Below, piece by piece: positions 8,497 to 18,155 of a DNA stretch of 64,000 nucleotides. Below the pieces are notes generated by a model, which worked only from the letters and a program-made list of their open reading frames with translations, was not told the origin of the DNA and searched no databases. Made by a program: the position numbers and the translations under genes. The stretch is from a virus (Duplodnaviria; Caudoviricetes). The stretch lies in the IMG/VR virus record IMGVR_UViG_3300021168_000003, positions 1,954-65,953 of that record; one strand, 5' to 3'. The first letter of the stretch is position 1. The number at the start of each line of letters is the position of its first letter.

Positions 8497-8963
8497 GGAA
8501 GTCCTTCATGGAGCGGGTCCGCGAGGCGGACGCTGCGTATTTGAAAGAGGAAGCTGATATGAGCGCACACGCGGCGGCGGCCTACGCCAACGGTTACGCA
8601 GACGGGGTCGCCGTCAGCCTCAACGGCCTAGCCGAAGAAATCCACCACGATAACGCCCATTGGTGGACCAACCCCAAGACCGGCAAGCGCCTTAGTCGCA
8701 ACAAGGGCGAGATGATCGCCCTCATGCACAGTGAGCTGAGCGAGGCCATGGAGGCCGAGCGCAAGAGCCTGATGGACGACCACCTGCCTCACCGTCGAGG
8801 TGTCGAGGTAGAGCTGGCTGACCTGATCATCCGCGTGCTGGACTACTGCGGGGGCCACAGGCTCGACATCTCCGGCGCGGTCGCCGAGAAGCGCGCCTAT
8901 AACAAGACCCGTCAGGACCATACGAACGAAGCCCGGCTCGCAGCCGGCGGAAAGAAATGGTGA
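8493..8963 (+). CDS. MazG-like NTP pyrophosphohydrolase
   Basis: IALMHSELSEAMEAERK...EVELADLIIRVLD...KRAYNKTR. Confidence 0.8.
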   Translation: MRKSFMERVREADAAYLKEEADMSAHAAAAYANGYADGVAVSLNGLAEEIHHDNAHWWTNPKTGKRLSRNKGEMIALMHSELSEAMEAERKSLMDDHLPHRRGVEVELADLIIRVLDYCGGHRLDISGAVAEKRAYNKTRQDHTNEARLAAGGKKW

Positions 8964-9073
8964 TGGACCCCAACCTCGCTTTCGCGATCTTTGCCTTCGG
9001 TGTGCTCGCCCTACTCGGGTTCGGCCCGTTGCTGATCGTGAACCTAGTCGACTTTTTCTGGAGAAAACGATGA
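8963..9073 (+). CDS. 36-aa membrane peptide
   Basis: MDPNLAFAIFAFGVLALLGFGPLLIVNLVDFFWRKR; overlaps both neighbours. Confidence 0.45.
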   Translation: MDPNLAFAIFAFGVLALLGFGPLLIVNLVDFFWRKR

Positions 9074-9486
9074 GCTCGATGCCGAAGAAGCGCGCCGACA
9101 AGAACCTCGAGGCCGACGTCAAGAAGGACGTCCAAGAGGTGCTCGAGCGCCACGGCTGGTGGTGGTGGATGCCACCGTCGAGCCAGTACAGCAAGACTGG
9201 CATCAGTGACTTCCACGCCATCAAGAACCGTCTGTTTATGGCGATCGAGACCAAGCGCGGCGTCGGTGTGCCGAAGCCCACCGCCAACCAGGTCGCCTTC
9301 CTGCAGAAGGTCAAGGAGGGCGGCCACTTCGCTTTCGTGGTCAACGACACCCGCGTGAAGCATCTCGATGCGTTCCTCGGCTCGTTCGAGATCGCGACCA
9401 AGGCCGCGCAGAAGAGCGAGAAGGTTCCCGACGAGCATGGGGCTCAGATGATCAACTGCATGCGTGAATTGCAGCAGGAAATCTGA
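9070..9486 (+). CDS. VRR-NUC domain nuclease / Holliday junction resolvase
   Basis: E..V...V, GISD, FMAIETK, PTANQVAFL. Confidence 0.8.
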   Translation: MSSMPKKRADKNLEADVKKDVQEVLERHGWWWWMPPSSQYSKTGISDFHAIKNRLFMAIETKRGVGVPKPTANQVAFLQKVKEGGHFAFVVNDTRVKHLDAFLGSFEIATKAAQKSEKVPDEHGAQMINCMRELQQEI

Positions 9487-9489
9487 TCC

Positions 9490-11097
9490 TTGTACGTCCA
9501 CACGCCAACCCGCTCCCTGATCCTAAAGGTCAGGGACCCCTTAGCCATTCGCTTGGCGCTGCCGGCCGCGAGCAAGACGCTCGCGCTGCCGGACGGGCAT
9601 AACATCGCCGTGAAGTGGACGGTTGAGACCGCGCGCGTGCTCCGCAACATGGGCATCTCTGCGCCGTCGCCGATCACAGCCTTCTACGACTGGCCAGGCC
9701 TGCACAAGCCGGCCGCCCACCAGGTAGAGATGGCGGCGTTCTGCACGCTGCACGACAAGCTCTTCAACCTCTCGGAGCCGCGGACGGGTAAGACCTATGC
9801 CACGCTGTGGGCGGCCGACTACCTGATGAAGGAGGGCCTCGTCCACCGCGCGCTGATCGCGACCACCGTGTCGACGATGCGGCCGACGTGGGCCCAGGAC
9901 TGCTTCAAGATCCTGCCGCACCGCCAGTGCGTGACGCTGCACGGTGCGAACCAGAAGGCTAGGCTCAAGCACCTCAACAAGATGGTGGACTTCTACATCA
10001 TCAACCACGACGGGATCGACCTCGAGACCGTGGCGCTGGCGCTCCGCCGCCGCCCCGACATCGACCTGGTGATTGTCGACGAGGCTGCCTTCTTCACCAA
10101 CCCAGAGACCGACCGCTACCGCTTCCTCCACTGGATCATGGAGAAGAAGGTCAAGTTGTGGCAGCTGACTGGCAGCCCAACGCCTCAGTGTCCGTCGCAA
10201 GCTTGGGCGTTGGCGAACCTCGTCAAGCCGATGCCGATCTCGTTCTCGAAGTTCCGCGACAGCGTGACCACCATCGTGTCGGCGAGCAAGCGCAAGCCCT
10301 CGGCCGGCTCGACCGAGAAGGTGTTCGAGATCCTGCAGCCGGCGATCCGCTTCAAGAAGCGCGACGTCTGGAAGAACCTGCCGCCGCTTGTCGGCCCCCG
10401 CGACGTCCACGCGCCGCTGTCGAAGGAGCAGGTGGCTGCACTGAAGACAATGCGGGTCGACATGCGCGCGGTCATCAACGACGTCAAGATCGGCGCGGTC
10501 AACGGGGCCGACAAGATCCTGAAGCTGCGGCAGATCCTGTGTGGCTCGGTGAAGGACCCCAACACGGGGGCCTACCAGCACATGGACTGCGATGGGCGCA
10601 TCGACACACTGAGAGGCCTGATCGAGGAAGCTTCGGCAAAGGTCCTTGTCATCGCGCCGTTTAAGGGTATAGTCCGCCACCTCGCGGACCAACTACCGAA
10701 ACCGTACAAGCGAGACGGGACCCGCCACGACGGGTTCAAGACACTGATCCTCAACGGCGACGTCACCATGGCCAAGCGGCCAGCGGTCATCAAGCAGTTC
10801 AAAGAGGATTGTGACGTCAAGGCCATGGTCTGCCACCCCAAGGTGATGGCGCACGGCCTGGATTTCGCCGAGGCCGACACCACTGTGTTCTTCGGGCCCA
10901 TCTACTCAAACGACGAGTACACCCAGGTGATCGAGCGGTTCAGTGGCATGGCGCAAAAAAATACGATGTACCTCTACAGGATGCTTGCGCATCCGATGGA
11001 GGCCACTATCTATAAGACCGTGGACGCCCGTGGCTCCATGCAGTCAGCCATCCTCGAGCTATACGAGGAGTTTGTGAACGGAGAGGACGAGCTATGA
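9490..11097 (+). CDS. SNF2-like superfamily 2 helicase
   Basis: PRTGKT, VIVDEA, LTGSP, HGLDF and QVIER motifs. Confidence 0.88.
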   Translation: MYVHTPTRSLILKVRDPLAIRLALPAASKTLALPDGHNIAVKWTVETARVLRNMGISAPSPITAFYDWPGLHKPAAHQVEMAAFCTLHDKLFNLSEPRTGKTYATLWAADYLMKEGLVHRALIATTVSTMRPTWAQDCFKILPHRQCVTLHGANQKARLKHLNKMVDFYIINHDGIDLETVALALRRRPDIDLVIVDEAAFFTNPETDRYRFLHWIMEKKVKLWQLTGSPTPQCPSQAWALANLVKPMPISFSKFRDSVTTIVSASKRKPSAGSTEKVFEILQPAIRFKKRDVWKNLPPLVGPRDVHAPLSKEQVAALKTMRVDMRAVINDVKIGAVNGADKILKLRQILCGSVKDPNTGAYQHMDCDGRIDTLRGLIEEASAKVLVIAPFKGIVRHLADQLPKPYKRDGTRHDGFKTLILNGDVTMAKRPAVIKQFKEDCDVKAMVCHPKVMAHGLDFAEADTTVFFGPIYSNDEYTQVIERFSGMAQKNTMYLYRMLAHPMEATIYKTVDARGSMQSAILELYEEFVNGEDEL

Positions 11098-11723
11098 GAT
11101 ATTGGTTTCACACAGGCACTGACAAGGCGTTCGCGCTTGATACGCCGCCACCCGACGGCCAGGATATTCTCGAGCTTACCGTGGAGCAGTTCGCGGAGAT
11201 CCAGGCGGCGATCGCCGCAGCCACCAACGGGGCCGGACAGTCAGTGGCCGTGACACCTCCGCCGCAGCCGCAAGGCATCGACATGGAGCGCTTCGCCCGC
11301 ATCTGGCGGAAGATGGAAGCCAAGATGAAGGAGATCCAGGCTGCGGCGGACGCCGAGATCGAGCCGATCAAGAAGCAGCAGGACCAGGTCAGTGACCTGC
11401 TCATGCGCCAGATGAACCTGCTGCGGGCCGACAAGCTCGAGACCGAGGCGGGCGTCGTCTGCAAGGACGAGAGCATCCACGCCAACGCGGCGGACTGGGG
11501 AGCGATCTGGAGCTTCGTCGAGAAGCACGGGCAGCAGGGCATGATCCAGAAGCGGCTCAACACTAGCGACGTGCTGAGGTGGGCCAGGGCGCATGCAACG
11601 AAGGACGAGCGCGGCAACGAGGTGCTTGGGCTGCCGCCTGGTATGAACCTGTTCACCAAGTACAAGCTCACTGTACGGAAACCGGGCGGCCAGAGGCCCC
11701 TCCCAACCGACGAAGGAAACTGA
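11094..11723 (+). CDS. replication-module protein, hypothetical
   Basis: coiled coil followed by DW...W.FV...LIQKR-like motif; lies between helicase and SSB-like gene. Confidence 0.55.
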   Translation: MRYWFHTGTDKAFALDTPPPDGQDILELTVEQFAEIQAAIAAATNGAGQSVAVTPPPQPQGIDMERFARIWRKMEAKMKEIQAAADAEIEPIKKQQDQVSDLLMRQMNLLRADKLETEAGVVCKDESIHANAADWGAIWSFVEKHGQQGMIQKRLNTSDVLRWARAHATKDERGNEVLGLPPGMNLFTKYKLTVRKPGGQRPLPTDEGN

Positions 11724-11726
11724 ACC

Positions 11727-13091
11727 ATGGGTAACGAAGTCAACGTTCAACAGACGGCGAAGGGTCTGTCCTTCGCGGTGCCTGCGCACATCGCCGCGAT
11801 GATCAAGGCGAAGGGAGCGTCGAACATCCCCGATCGCGCCACGACCAACCAGCTCACGTTTGCTGGCAAGGCGTGGACGATGCACGTCAACGGTGAGAGC
11901 AAGCCTGTCACGCGGCGGCTGCCGCTCCTCGACGACGAGAACCAGCCCACTGGTGAGTTCGGTGAGCCAGAGCCCGTGCCTGTGCTCGAGGTCATCATCG
12001 TCGGGTGGAACCAGATCAAAGAGCGCAAGCTTTACGAAGGTGTCTGGACCGGCGTCTCCCGCCAGCCCGACTGCTGGTCGAACGACGGTCGCAAGCCGCA
12101 CGTCTCGGTCGAGAACCCCCGCGGCGTCACCTGCGATACCTGCCCGATGTCGCAGAAGGACAGCAAGATCAACGCCGACGGCACTGGCGCGGTAGCCTGC
12201 TCGCTTAGCCGCACGTTGGTCGTGGTGCCCTCGAAGAACCTCGACTACTCGCTGCTCAAGATGAACCTCGCCGTCACGTCCGACTGGGACGCGAAGGATG
12301 ACGAGAGCGTCGCCAACGGCTGGTACGCCTTCAAGAACTACGTCGAGTTCCTCAAGAACAACGGCCTGTCGCACTCCGGCGCGGTGGTCACCAAGATGCG
12401 CTTCGCCCCCGGCACGCCGCAGAAGCCCATCAACTATCCCAAGGTCCAGTTCAAGATGGCCGGCTTCTTGGACGAGGCGCAGTTCGACAAGGTGCTCGCC
12501 CGCGCCGGGTCGGAGGAGTGCGTGAAGCTCTTGGCCGGGTTCAACCCGTCAGCCAAGCCGCAAGGTAAGCCGCTGCCGAAGGACGAGGACGGCGAGGTCA
12601 CGTCGAGCCCGGCTCCGACCGCTCAGACGCCCCGCCCCGATCCGGAAGTGATCAAGGCGGCGCAGGAGCTGCGCGCCCAGGAGGAGGCTGCGGCCAAGGC
12701 CACCGAGATCGCCAGGCTGGCCGAGCAGGAGACTGCCCGCAAGGCTGAGGAGCAGAGGGTTGCCGACCAGCGCGCCGCCAAGATCGCCGAGGCCAAGCGC
12801 CTGCTGGCGGAAGCCGAGGGCGAGGCCTTCGACGACGGGGCCAAGGCTCCGGTTGCCGACACCCCCACCCAGACCGAAGAGAAGGCCAAGCGCACCCGGC
12901 GCTCCAGGGCTGAGATGGAAGCTGCCCGCGCCGCGGAAGCTGCTGCTAAGGCTCCTGTACGCGCGGTTGAACACAAGGTCATCGACGCCGATCCGATCAT
13001 CGAGAAAGGTCTGGCGGCCACTACAGCATCGACCGGCTCGCCGATGGAGATCCCGGCCGAGCTCGCCGCTGCTCTCCCGAACTGGGAATAA
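11727..13091 (+). CDS. putative ssDNA-binding/annealing protein with Ala/Glu-rich tail
   Basis: PDCWSNDG..P, CDTCP and AC motifs; typical position in this replication module. Confidence 0.5.
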   Translation: MGNEVNVQQTAKGLSFAVPAHIAAMIKAKGASNIPDRATTNQLTFAGKAWTMHVNGESKPVTRRLPLLDDENQPTGEFGEPEPVPVLEVIIVGWNQIKERKLYEGVWTGVSRQPDCWSNDGRKPHVSVENPRGVTCDTCPMSQKDSKINADGTGAVACSLSRTLVVVPSKNLDYSLLKMNLAVTSDWDAKDDESVANGWYAFKNYVEFLKNNGLSHSGAVVTKMRFAPGTPQKPINYPKVQFKMAGFLDEAQFDKVLARAGSEECVKLLAGFNPSAKPQGKPLPKDEDGEVTSSPAPTAQTPRPDPEVIKAAQELRAQEEAAAKATEIARLAEQETARKAEEQRVADQRAAKIAEAKRLLAEAEGEAFDDGAKAPVADTPTQTEEKAKRTRRSRAEMEAARAAEAAAKAPVRAVEHKVIDADPIIEKGLAATTASTGSPMEIPAELAAALPNWE

Positions 13092-13117
13092 TCGTAGCCA
13101 GCCTACGACAACTCGAA

Positions 13118-13148
13118 CCCCCTGCTTTAACAGGCAGGGGGCTTTTCC
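13118..13148 (+). terminator. rho-independent terminator
   Basis: CCCCCTGC/GCAGGGGG stem followed by CTTTT. Confidence 0.55.
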
Positions 13149-13160
13149 ACGTCTGCTGAA

Positions 13161-16079
13161 TTGGCCTCCATGGACACGCTCGAATTTTTCAAAGCAGTCT
13201 GGCCGGCCAAGGGCAACTACACGCTCGCGATGCCGTTCCAGACCGAGGATATGTCCAAGGAGGCTTGGCACCATGTCCCTGTCAAGTCTATCGAGCAGGC
13301 TGTCGCGGTCACCAAGAAGTACACTGACAAGAACCTCTTTTTCGCGGTCCACACCACTGTCGTGCCGTTCACCGAGGACCCAGTCAAGAAGAACTATCGC
13401 GGCGACGGCCCCAAGAAATATTTCCGCGAGCACGACAACATGCTCGAGAGCAGGGCGTTCTTCTTCGACCTCGACGTCGGAGAGAGCGACCCCAAGCGAC
13501 CCCCCAAGTATGCAACCAGACAGGAGGCCCTCGATGGGCTCACAAGATTTCTCTTCGCCACTGGACTGCCCCGACCCCTCGTTACCTCATCCGGAGGGGG
13601 CTTTCACGTCTACTGGCTCCTATCAGATCCACTACCGTCCCTCGAGTGGCGAGGATGGGCAGCAGTCCTCCACCATGTGGCACGACGAGTGGGCCTCCGT
13701 GCCGACCCTGCCCGCACTACTGACCAGTCGTCCGTCCTGCGGGTCGTGGGCACACAAAACATCAAGCCAGGCCGGCCGTCTCGGCCGTGCTTGGCTGTTC
13801 AACCAGGAGCTACGACGGAGACAAAGGCGTTTCTGGCGGAGCTTCAGCGCCTCCTTGGCGACGATAAGATCGCTGATGAAGTCCGATACCCAAAGTCTTT
13901 CCAGCACCGAAGAGGCGTCAAAGGAAACCTCGACGTTCTATGGGATGGGCCTACCCCAACTCTTGGAGAAGTATCCGCTGTCTGCGAACACGTCCGACTG
14001 TACGCCGAAACCGGACACACCATAGGCAACGAGCCCACCAGCTACTACGTCGGTGCTGGGACAGTGTCCTACACCGACGAAGGCTACGAGCACATGCAGC
14101 GCTTGGCAGCGACGCACCCGCGCTATGACCCTGACGCCACCCACGCGAAGTGGGAGCAGTGGAAAGAGCGCAGCAAAGGACCGGCATCATGCATCAGGAT
14201 CGACGAAAAGTGCGGGGGTGGCGCGTGCGCGGGGTGCCCGTTCTTTAACAAGGGCAAGAACCCCCTGATGATCGCGCTCGATCAGCGCAAGACAGTCGCG
14301 CCGCCGATCAGCGCCGACCCATCCGCCGAACCTGTCTGCTTGGTGGAGCCGGGGGAGCCCTACTACCGCAAGAACGGGTGGATCTACAAGACGGTGGAGA
14401 TCAAGGCAACCAAAGACAGCCCAGCGAGCACTGAAGAACAGGTCATCTCCACCTACGACATGTTCCCGATCGACGAGTGTGAGCACACTGACCTGGAGCC
14501 AGCGTTCACCATCTGGGCGCTTAAGATCCCGCGGCAGGAGAAGCTGCAGCTCGTCAAGGTGCCCAACACAATCCTTCACGACCCGAAACAACTTCAAGTC
14601 GTCCTGTCCAACCGACGCTTGTACTTCACACCCCCTAACTTCCGGAAGGTCATGGACATGATGCTATTTTACGCCAAGACGCTGCAGGCCGCGAAGGCCG
14701 CTAACAAACAGTACGACCACCTCGGCTGGGTCAACCAGGACAAGGTCGAGTTCATCTTGCCAACCGAGGTCATCAAGACGGATGGCACCTCGACGCCCAG
14801 TAGGCTCAGCGCAGCGGCGCAAGCCGAGGTCGGGTTCATCCACACGAAGGGCACGCTCGCGGAGCAGGTCAAGCTGTTGGAGTTCTACAACGAGCCGCAA
14901 TACCTGAAGCACCAGTTCATCATCATGGCGTGCCTGGGGTCAGTGCTGTTCCACGCATCCGGCCAGCCGGGCGTCGTCATCAACGCAAGCGGCAAGTCCG
15001 GCGGGTCGAAGTCGAGCGCGCTCTACGCTGGCGCGTCGCTGTGGGGCCGGCCCAAGTCCTACGTCATGAACGGCACCAACCAAGGCATGACGCCGCTCGC
15101 ACGGCTCAACCTGGTCCACAGCCTCTGCCAGCTGCCGGCGCTCATGGACGAGATCACCATGATCGAGCCTAAGAAGGCTCAGGAGTTCGTTTTCAACGCC
15201 ACGCAGGAGACGCAGCGCATCCGCCTTAACCCGGACGGCTCCCAGAAGGCGACGCGCGGCGGCATCCGTTCGAACATGCTGATCACCTCGGCCAACACAT
15301 CGCTGCACGATCTGCTGCAGCTCGAGAGCCGGGCCGGCACCGCGGGCGACATGCGCGTCTACGAAATCTTCTTTGACGCGGTCAGCGCGTCGGCAGCCAA
15401 AGCCAATGAGTTCCTCCACCAGATCCACGAGTGTCACTACGGCCACATCGGGCCGGAGTTTCTGAAACGCTACATGCAGGATCGCGTTGGGTTCGACGAT
15501 ATCGTCCGCAAGAGCGTCGCCGAACTGGACGCCAAGTGGCGGCTGTTGGCACCAGAGCGGTACTGGTCAGCGGGCGCGGCAGTGCCATTGATCGCTGGCG
15601 AGCTTGCATTCCGCTGGGGGCTGCTGCCGTTCCATGTCGAGCCTGTGCGCGCGTGGGCCTACGGCCAACAGCTCAAGGAGATGCGCGGCACCGTCCACAC
15701 CCTCGAGCTCGAGAGCGGCCCGCGGTCGCTCCTCGGGGCGTTCCTCAACGACAAGGCGGGGGCTACCGTCGTGGTCAGTGGCACCATGATCGAAGGCAAC
15801 GTCTTCGAGAACCCGCTGCGCGAGCCCAACAGCGCACTGGTGGCGCACGAGGACCGGCGCTTACGCATCATCGTGGTCCGCAAGGACGCCTTCCGAGCCT
15901 GGTGCGGCGACCACAATCACAACCCCACACGCACGCTGCTCGAGCTCGAGCGCGACGGCCTTGTCAAGGACGTCGACAAGCGGTTCGTCCTCGGCAAGGG
16001 CACTAAGTACGCCGCCGCACCGGCGGTGTGCTTCACGATCGACCAAACCCACCCCCTCGCTCAAGGCCTCACGGAGTAG
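13161..16079 (+). CDS. primase-helicase (AEP/RepB-like primase plus DUF927-type helicase)
   Basis: FFDLD and SGGGFHVYW primase motifs; Cys cluster; GKSGGSKS Walker A; MDE Walker B. Confidence 0.85.
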   Translation: MASMDTLEFFKAVWPAKGNYTLAMPFQTEDMSKEAWHHVPVKSIEQAVAVTKKYTDKNLFFAVHTTVVPFTEDPVKKNYRGDGPKKYFREHDNMLESRAFFFDLDVGESDPKRPPKYATRQEALDGLTRFLFATGLPRPLVTSSGGGFHVYWLLSDPLPSLEWRGWAAVLHHVARRVGLRADPARTTDQSSVLRVVGTQNIKPGRPSRPCLAVQPGATTETKAFLAELQRLLGDDKIADEVRYPKSFQHRRGVKGNLDVLWDGPTPTLGEVSAVCEHVRLYAETGHTIGNEPTSYYVGAGTVSYTDEGYEHMQRLAATHPRYDPDATHAKWEQWKERSKGPASCIRIDEKCGGGACAGCPFFNKGKNPLMIALDQRKTVAPPISADPSAEPVCLVEPGEPYYRKNGWIYKTVEIKATKDSPASTEEQVISTYDMFPIDECEHTDLEPAFTIWALKIPRQEKLQLVKVPNTILHDPKQLQVVLSNRRLYFTPPNFRKVMDMMLFYAKTLQAAKAANKQYDHLGWVNQDKVEFILPTEVIKTDGTSTPSRLSAAAQAEVGFIHTKGTLAEQVKLLEFYNEPQYLKHQFIIMACLGSVLFHASGQPGVVINASGKSGGSKSSALYAGASLWGRPKSYVMNGTNQGMTPLARLNLVHSLCQLPALMDEITMIEPKKAQEFVFNATQETQRIRLNPDGSQKATRGGIRSNMLITSANTSLHDLLQLESRAGTAGDMRVYEIFFDAVSASAAKANEFLHQIHECHYGHIGPEFLKRYMQDRVGFDDIVRKSVAELDAKWRLLAPERYWSAGAAVPLIAGELAFRWGLLPFHVEPVRAWAYGQQLKEMRGTVHTLELESGPRSLLGAFLNDKAGATVVVSGTMIEGNVFENPLREPNSALVAHEDRRLRIIVVRKDAFRAWCGDHNHNPTRTLLELERDGLVKDVDKRFVLGKGTKYAAAPAVCFTIDQTHPLAQGLTE

Positions 16080-16081
16080 CC

Positions 16082-16348
16082 ATGACACCTCAAGAAGAGA
16101 AGCAGGCCGTCCTCAGCCACCTCGCCGAGCTGACCCACGCCGATGGGGTCTACTGCACCTCGTTCGCGCCGATCGTGCGCAGTACAGGACTGACCCGCGA
16201 ACGCGTGCGGTTTCTCTGCCGGCTGTTGAAGCGGCAAGGTCTTGCTCAGTTCCACAGTGGGCTGTGGAACGAGGACGGTGAGCCGGCAGGTGCCGGCTAC
16301 TGCATCAGCCCGAAGGGGCTCGAACTGTACGACGGAGTTGACCTGTGA
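16082..16348 (+). CDS. winged-helix-like small protein
   Basis: FAPIVRSTGLTRERVRFLCRLLKRQGLAQF. Confidence 0.5.
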   Translation: MTPQEEKQAVLSHLAELTHADGVYCTSFAPIVRSTGLTRERVRFLCRLLKRQGLAQFHSGLWNEDGEPAGAGYCISPKGLELYDGVDL

Positions 16349-16764
16349 CCCGCATTCTCGTCGTCGGGGCAGGCGACCCCAAGGATACCAAGTTCATCTG
16401 CGAGACGCTGGACGAGGTGAACAGCCTCTACGGCCCGGTCACATGTCTGATCCACGCCAACCATCAGCAGGCGCTCGGGTGGCAGCAGGCCATCTCACGC
16501 TCGCAGCGGACGCTGCATAAGCCGATCGTCGAGAACCAGCTTGACGGGATCGCAGCCGGCGAGCGGTGGCGGACCCGACTGTTCGACGAGGGCAGGCCCG
16601 ACTTCGTCGTGGTGTTCGACTGCCTCGACGGGCCCAAGACGCGCATCCCGAAGAAGAAGATCGAGAAGATCGTCTTCATGGCGCAGCGCCGGAGCATCCA
16701 GGTGCTGGTCTACTCCAAGGCCAAGAAGGCGCAGGCCAAGGCTGAAGCAGCGGCGACGGCATGA
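16345..16764 (+). CDS. SLOG/YspA (DUF2493)-like protein
   Basis: RILVVG..D..D..FI..TLD, LIH, PDFVVVF. Confidence 0.5.
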   Translation: MTRILVVGAGDPKDTKFICETLDEVNSLYGPVTCLIHANHQQALGWQQAISRSQRTLHKPIVENQLDGIAAGERWRTRLFDEGRPDFVVVFDCLDGPKTRIPKKKIEKIVFMAQRRSIQVLVYSKAKKAQAKAEAAATA

Positions 16765-17195
16765 CCGACCGCAACGCACCCCTCAGGCTCAAGGTCGCCG
16801 CCGAGATCGCCTTCCCGCATGGTGGGATAACGGCGGCGGGACTGCGCAAGGAAGCCGCGCGCGGAAAGTTGACGCTTGAACGGATCGCTGGAAAGGACTA
16901 CGTCACCCTCGCGGCAATTGAAGACATGAGGGACCGATGTCGAACCCGAGCAAGGGTGCCAGGCTATGGCTCAAGCCAGCCACCGCTACCCGCAAAGCCA
17001 TGTGGATCATCCGAGATGGTGAGCACCAGCGTGGCACTGGATGCAGCGCTGAGAACCGTGCAGAAGCTGAACGCCGGCTCGGCTGGTACCTTGGGGCAAA
17101 ACACACTCCCACCAGGGCATCGCATACTGACCCATCGTCAATCAAGATTGCCGACGTCGTCAACATCTACACCGCCGACCGCGGCGCGCAGATAG
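16761..17195 (+). CDS. xis: excisionase-like HTH protein
   Basis: LRLKVAAEIAFPHGGITAAGLRKEAARGKL...IAGKDYVT; overlaps int. Confidence 0.7.
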   Translation: MTDRNAPLRLKVAAEIAFPHGGITAAGLRKEAARGKLTLERIAGKDYVTLAAIEDMRDRCRTRARVPGYGSSQPPLPAKPCGSSEMVSTSVALDAALRTVQKLNAGSAGTLGQNTLPPGHRILTHRQSRLPTSSTSTPPTAARR

Positions 17196-18070
17196 CTCGG
17201 CCGGACCAGCTAGCCTCCAGGCTGCGCTTCCTCCTCGGTCTCCTCGGCGACAAGACCTTAGCCGACATCACGCCCGCAGCCTGCCGCGACTACGTCGCGC
17301 GGCGAGGCTCGGTGCAGGCCGCCAAGCGCGAGCTCGAGGATCTCCGAGCCGCGATCCGCCATCACTGGAAGGCGGGCTACTGCGACCGCGAGACGCGCGT
17401 CACGCTCCCTGCGAAGTCACTACCGCGCGAGCGCTGGCTCACCCGGGACGAGGCGGCCAAGCTGCTTCGCGCGGCGTGGCGCGAGCCGCAACGACACCAT
17501 GTCGCCCGGTTCATCCTAGTGGGGTTGTACACCGGGACCCGCGCCGCGGCGATCTGCTCCGCGTCGTTCCAGCCGGTAGGAGGCCGGGGGCTGGTCGACG
17601 TTGATCGCGGCGTCTTTTATAGACTCCCCCAAGGCAAGCAGCAAACGAAAAAGCGGCAGCCCACCATCCGCCTCCCTCCGCGGCTGCTAGCGCACATGCG
17701 CCGCTGGCGCGCGATGGGTGCTCAGTCGGTGGTGGAGTACGAGGGTCGGCCGGTCGACGATGTCAGCCGGGCGTTCACGCGCGCCGCGCGCGCCGCTGGT
17801 CTAGGAGGGGTGATGCAGCACACGCTGCGCCACACCGCCATCACCTGGGCGATGCAGAACGGTGCCGGCATGTACGAGGCTGCGGGGTACTTCGGGGTCT
17901 CGGCGCGGATCATCGAGCAGACCTACGGTCACCACCACCCCGACTACCAAGAGAGCGTCGGAGCTGCGGTCACGGCGCGGCCGTCCCAGGTTCGTCCCAG
18001 GTTGGCGGGAACGAACGGTGTAGATAACAGGCGTTCGGCCCAAACGCAGTCAATTATTTCAGATACTTAG
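16937..18070 (+). CDS. int: tyrosine integrase
   Basis: YTGTR, HTLRHTAITW, YGHH catalytic motifs. Confidence 0.92.
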   Translation: MSNPSKGARLWLKPATATRKAMWIIRDGEHQRGTGCSAENRAEAERRLGWYLGAKHTPTRASHTDPSSIKIADVVNIYTADRGAQIARPDQLASRLRFLLGLLGDKTLADITPAACRDYVARRGSVQAAKRELEDLRAAIRHHWKAGYCDRETRVTLPAKSLPRERWLTRDEAAKLLRAAWREPQRHHVARFILVGLYTGTRAAAICSASFQPVGGRGLVDVDRGVFYRLPQGKQQTKKRQPTIRLPPRLLAHMRRWRAMGAQSVVEYEGRPVDDVSRAFTRAARAAGLGGVMQHTLRHTAITWAMQNGAGMYEAAGYFGVSARIIEQTYGHHHPDYQESVGAAVTARPSQVRPRLAGTNGVDNRRSAQTQSIISDT

Positions 18071-18155
18071 CCTAAACCCTCTCGTGGATGACGAGAGGGT
18101 ACGGCTATATCAATCAAGGACTTAACCAGGTTTAGTCCCAGGTTGGTCCCAGGTT
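17983..18155. other. attP: arm repeats, IHF site and inverted-repeat core
   Basis: GTCCCAGGTT at 17983, 17994, 18135 and 18146; core ACCCTCTCGT-GGATG-ACGAGAGGGT at 18076-18100; IHF consensus AATCAAGGACTTA at 18112-18124. Confidence 0.75.

Noticed and set aside
9541-14025. Long alternative-frame and antisense ORFs (e.g. 9541..10692, 11241..12374, 12760..14025)
   Set aside because: Shadow ORFs expected in high-GC coding DNA; low-complexity Arg/Ala/Pro translations with no motifs.
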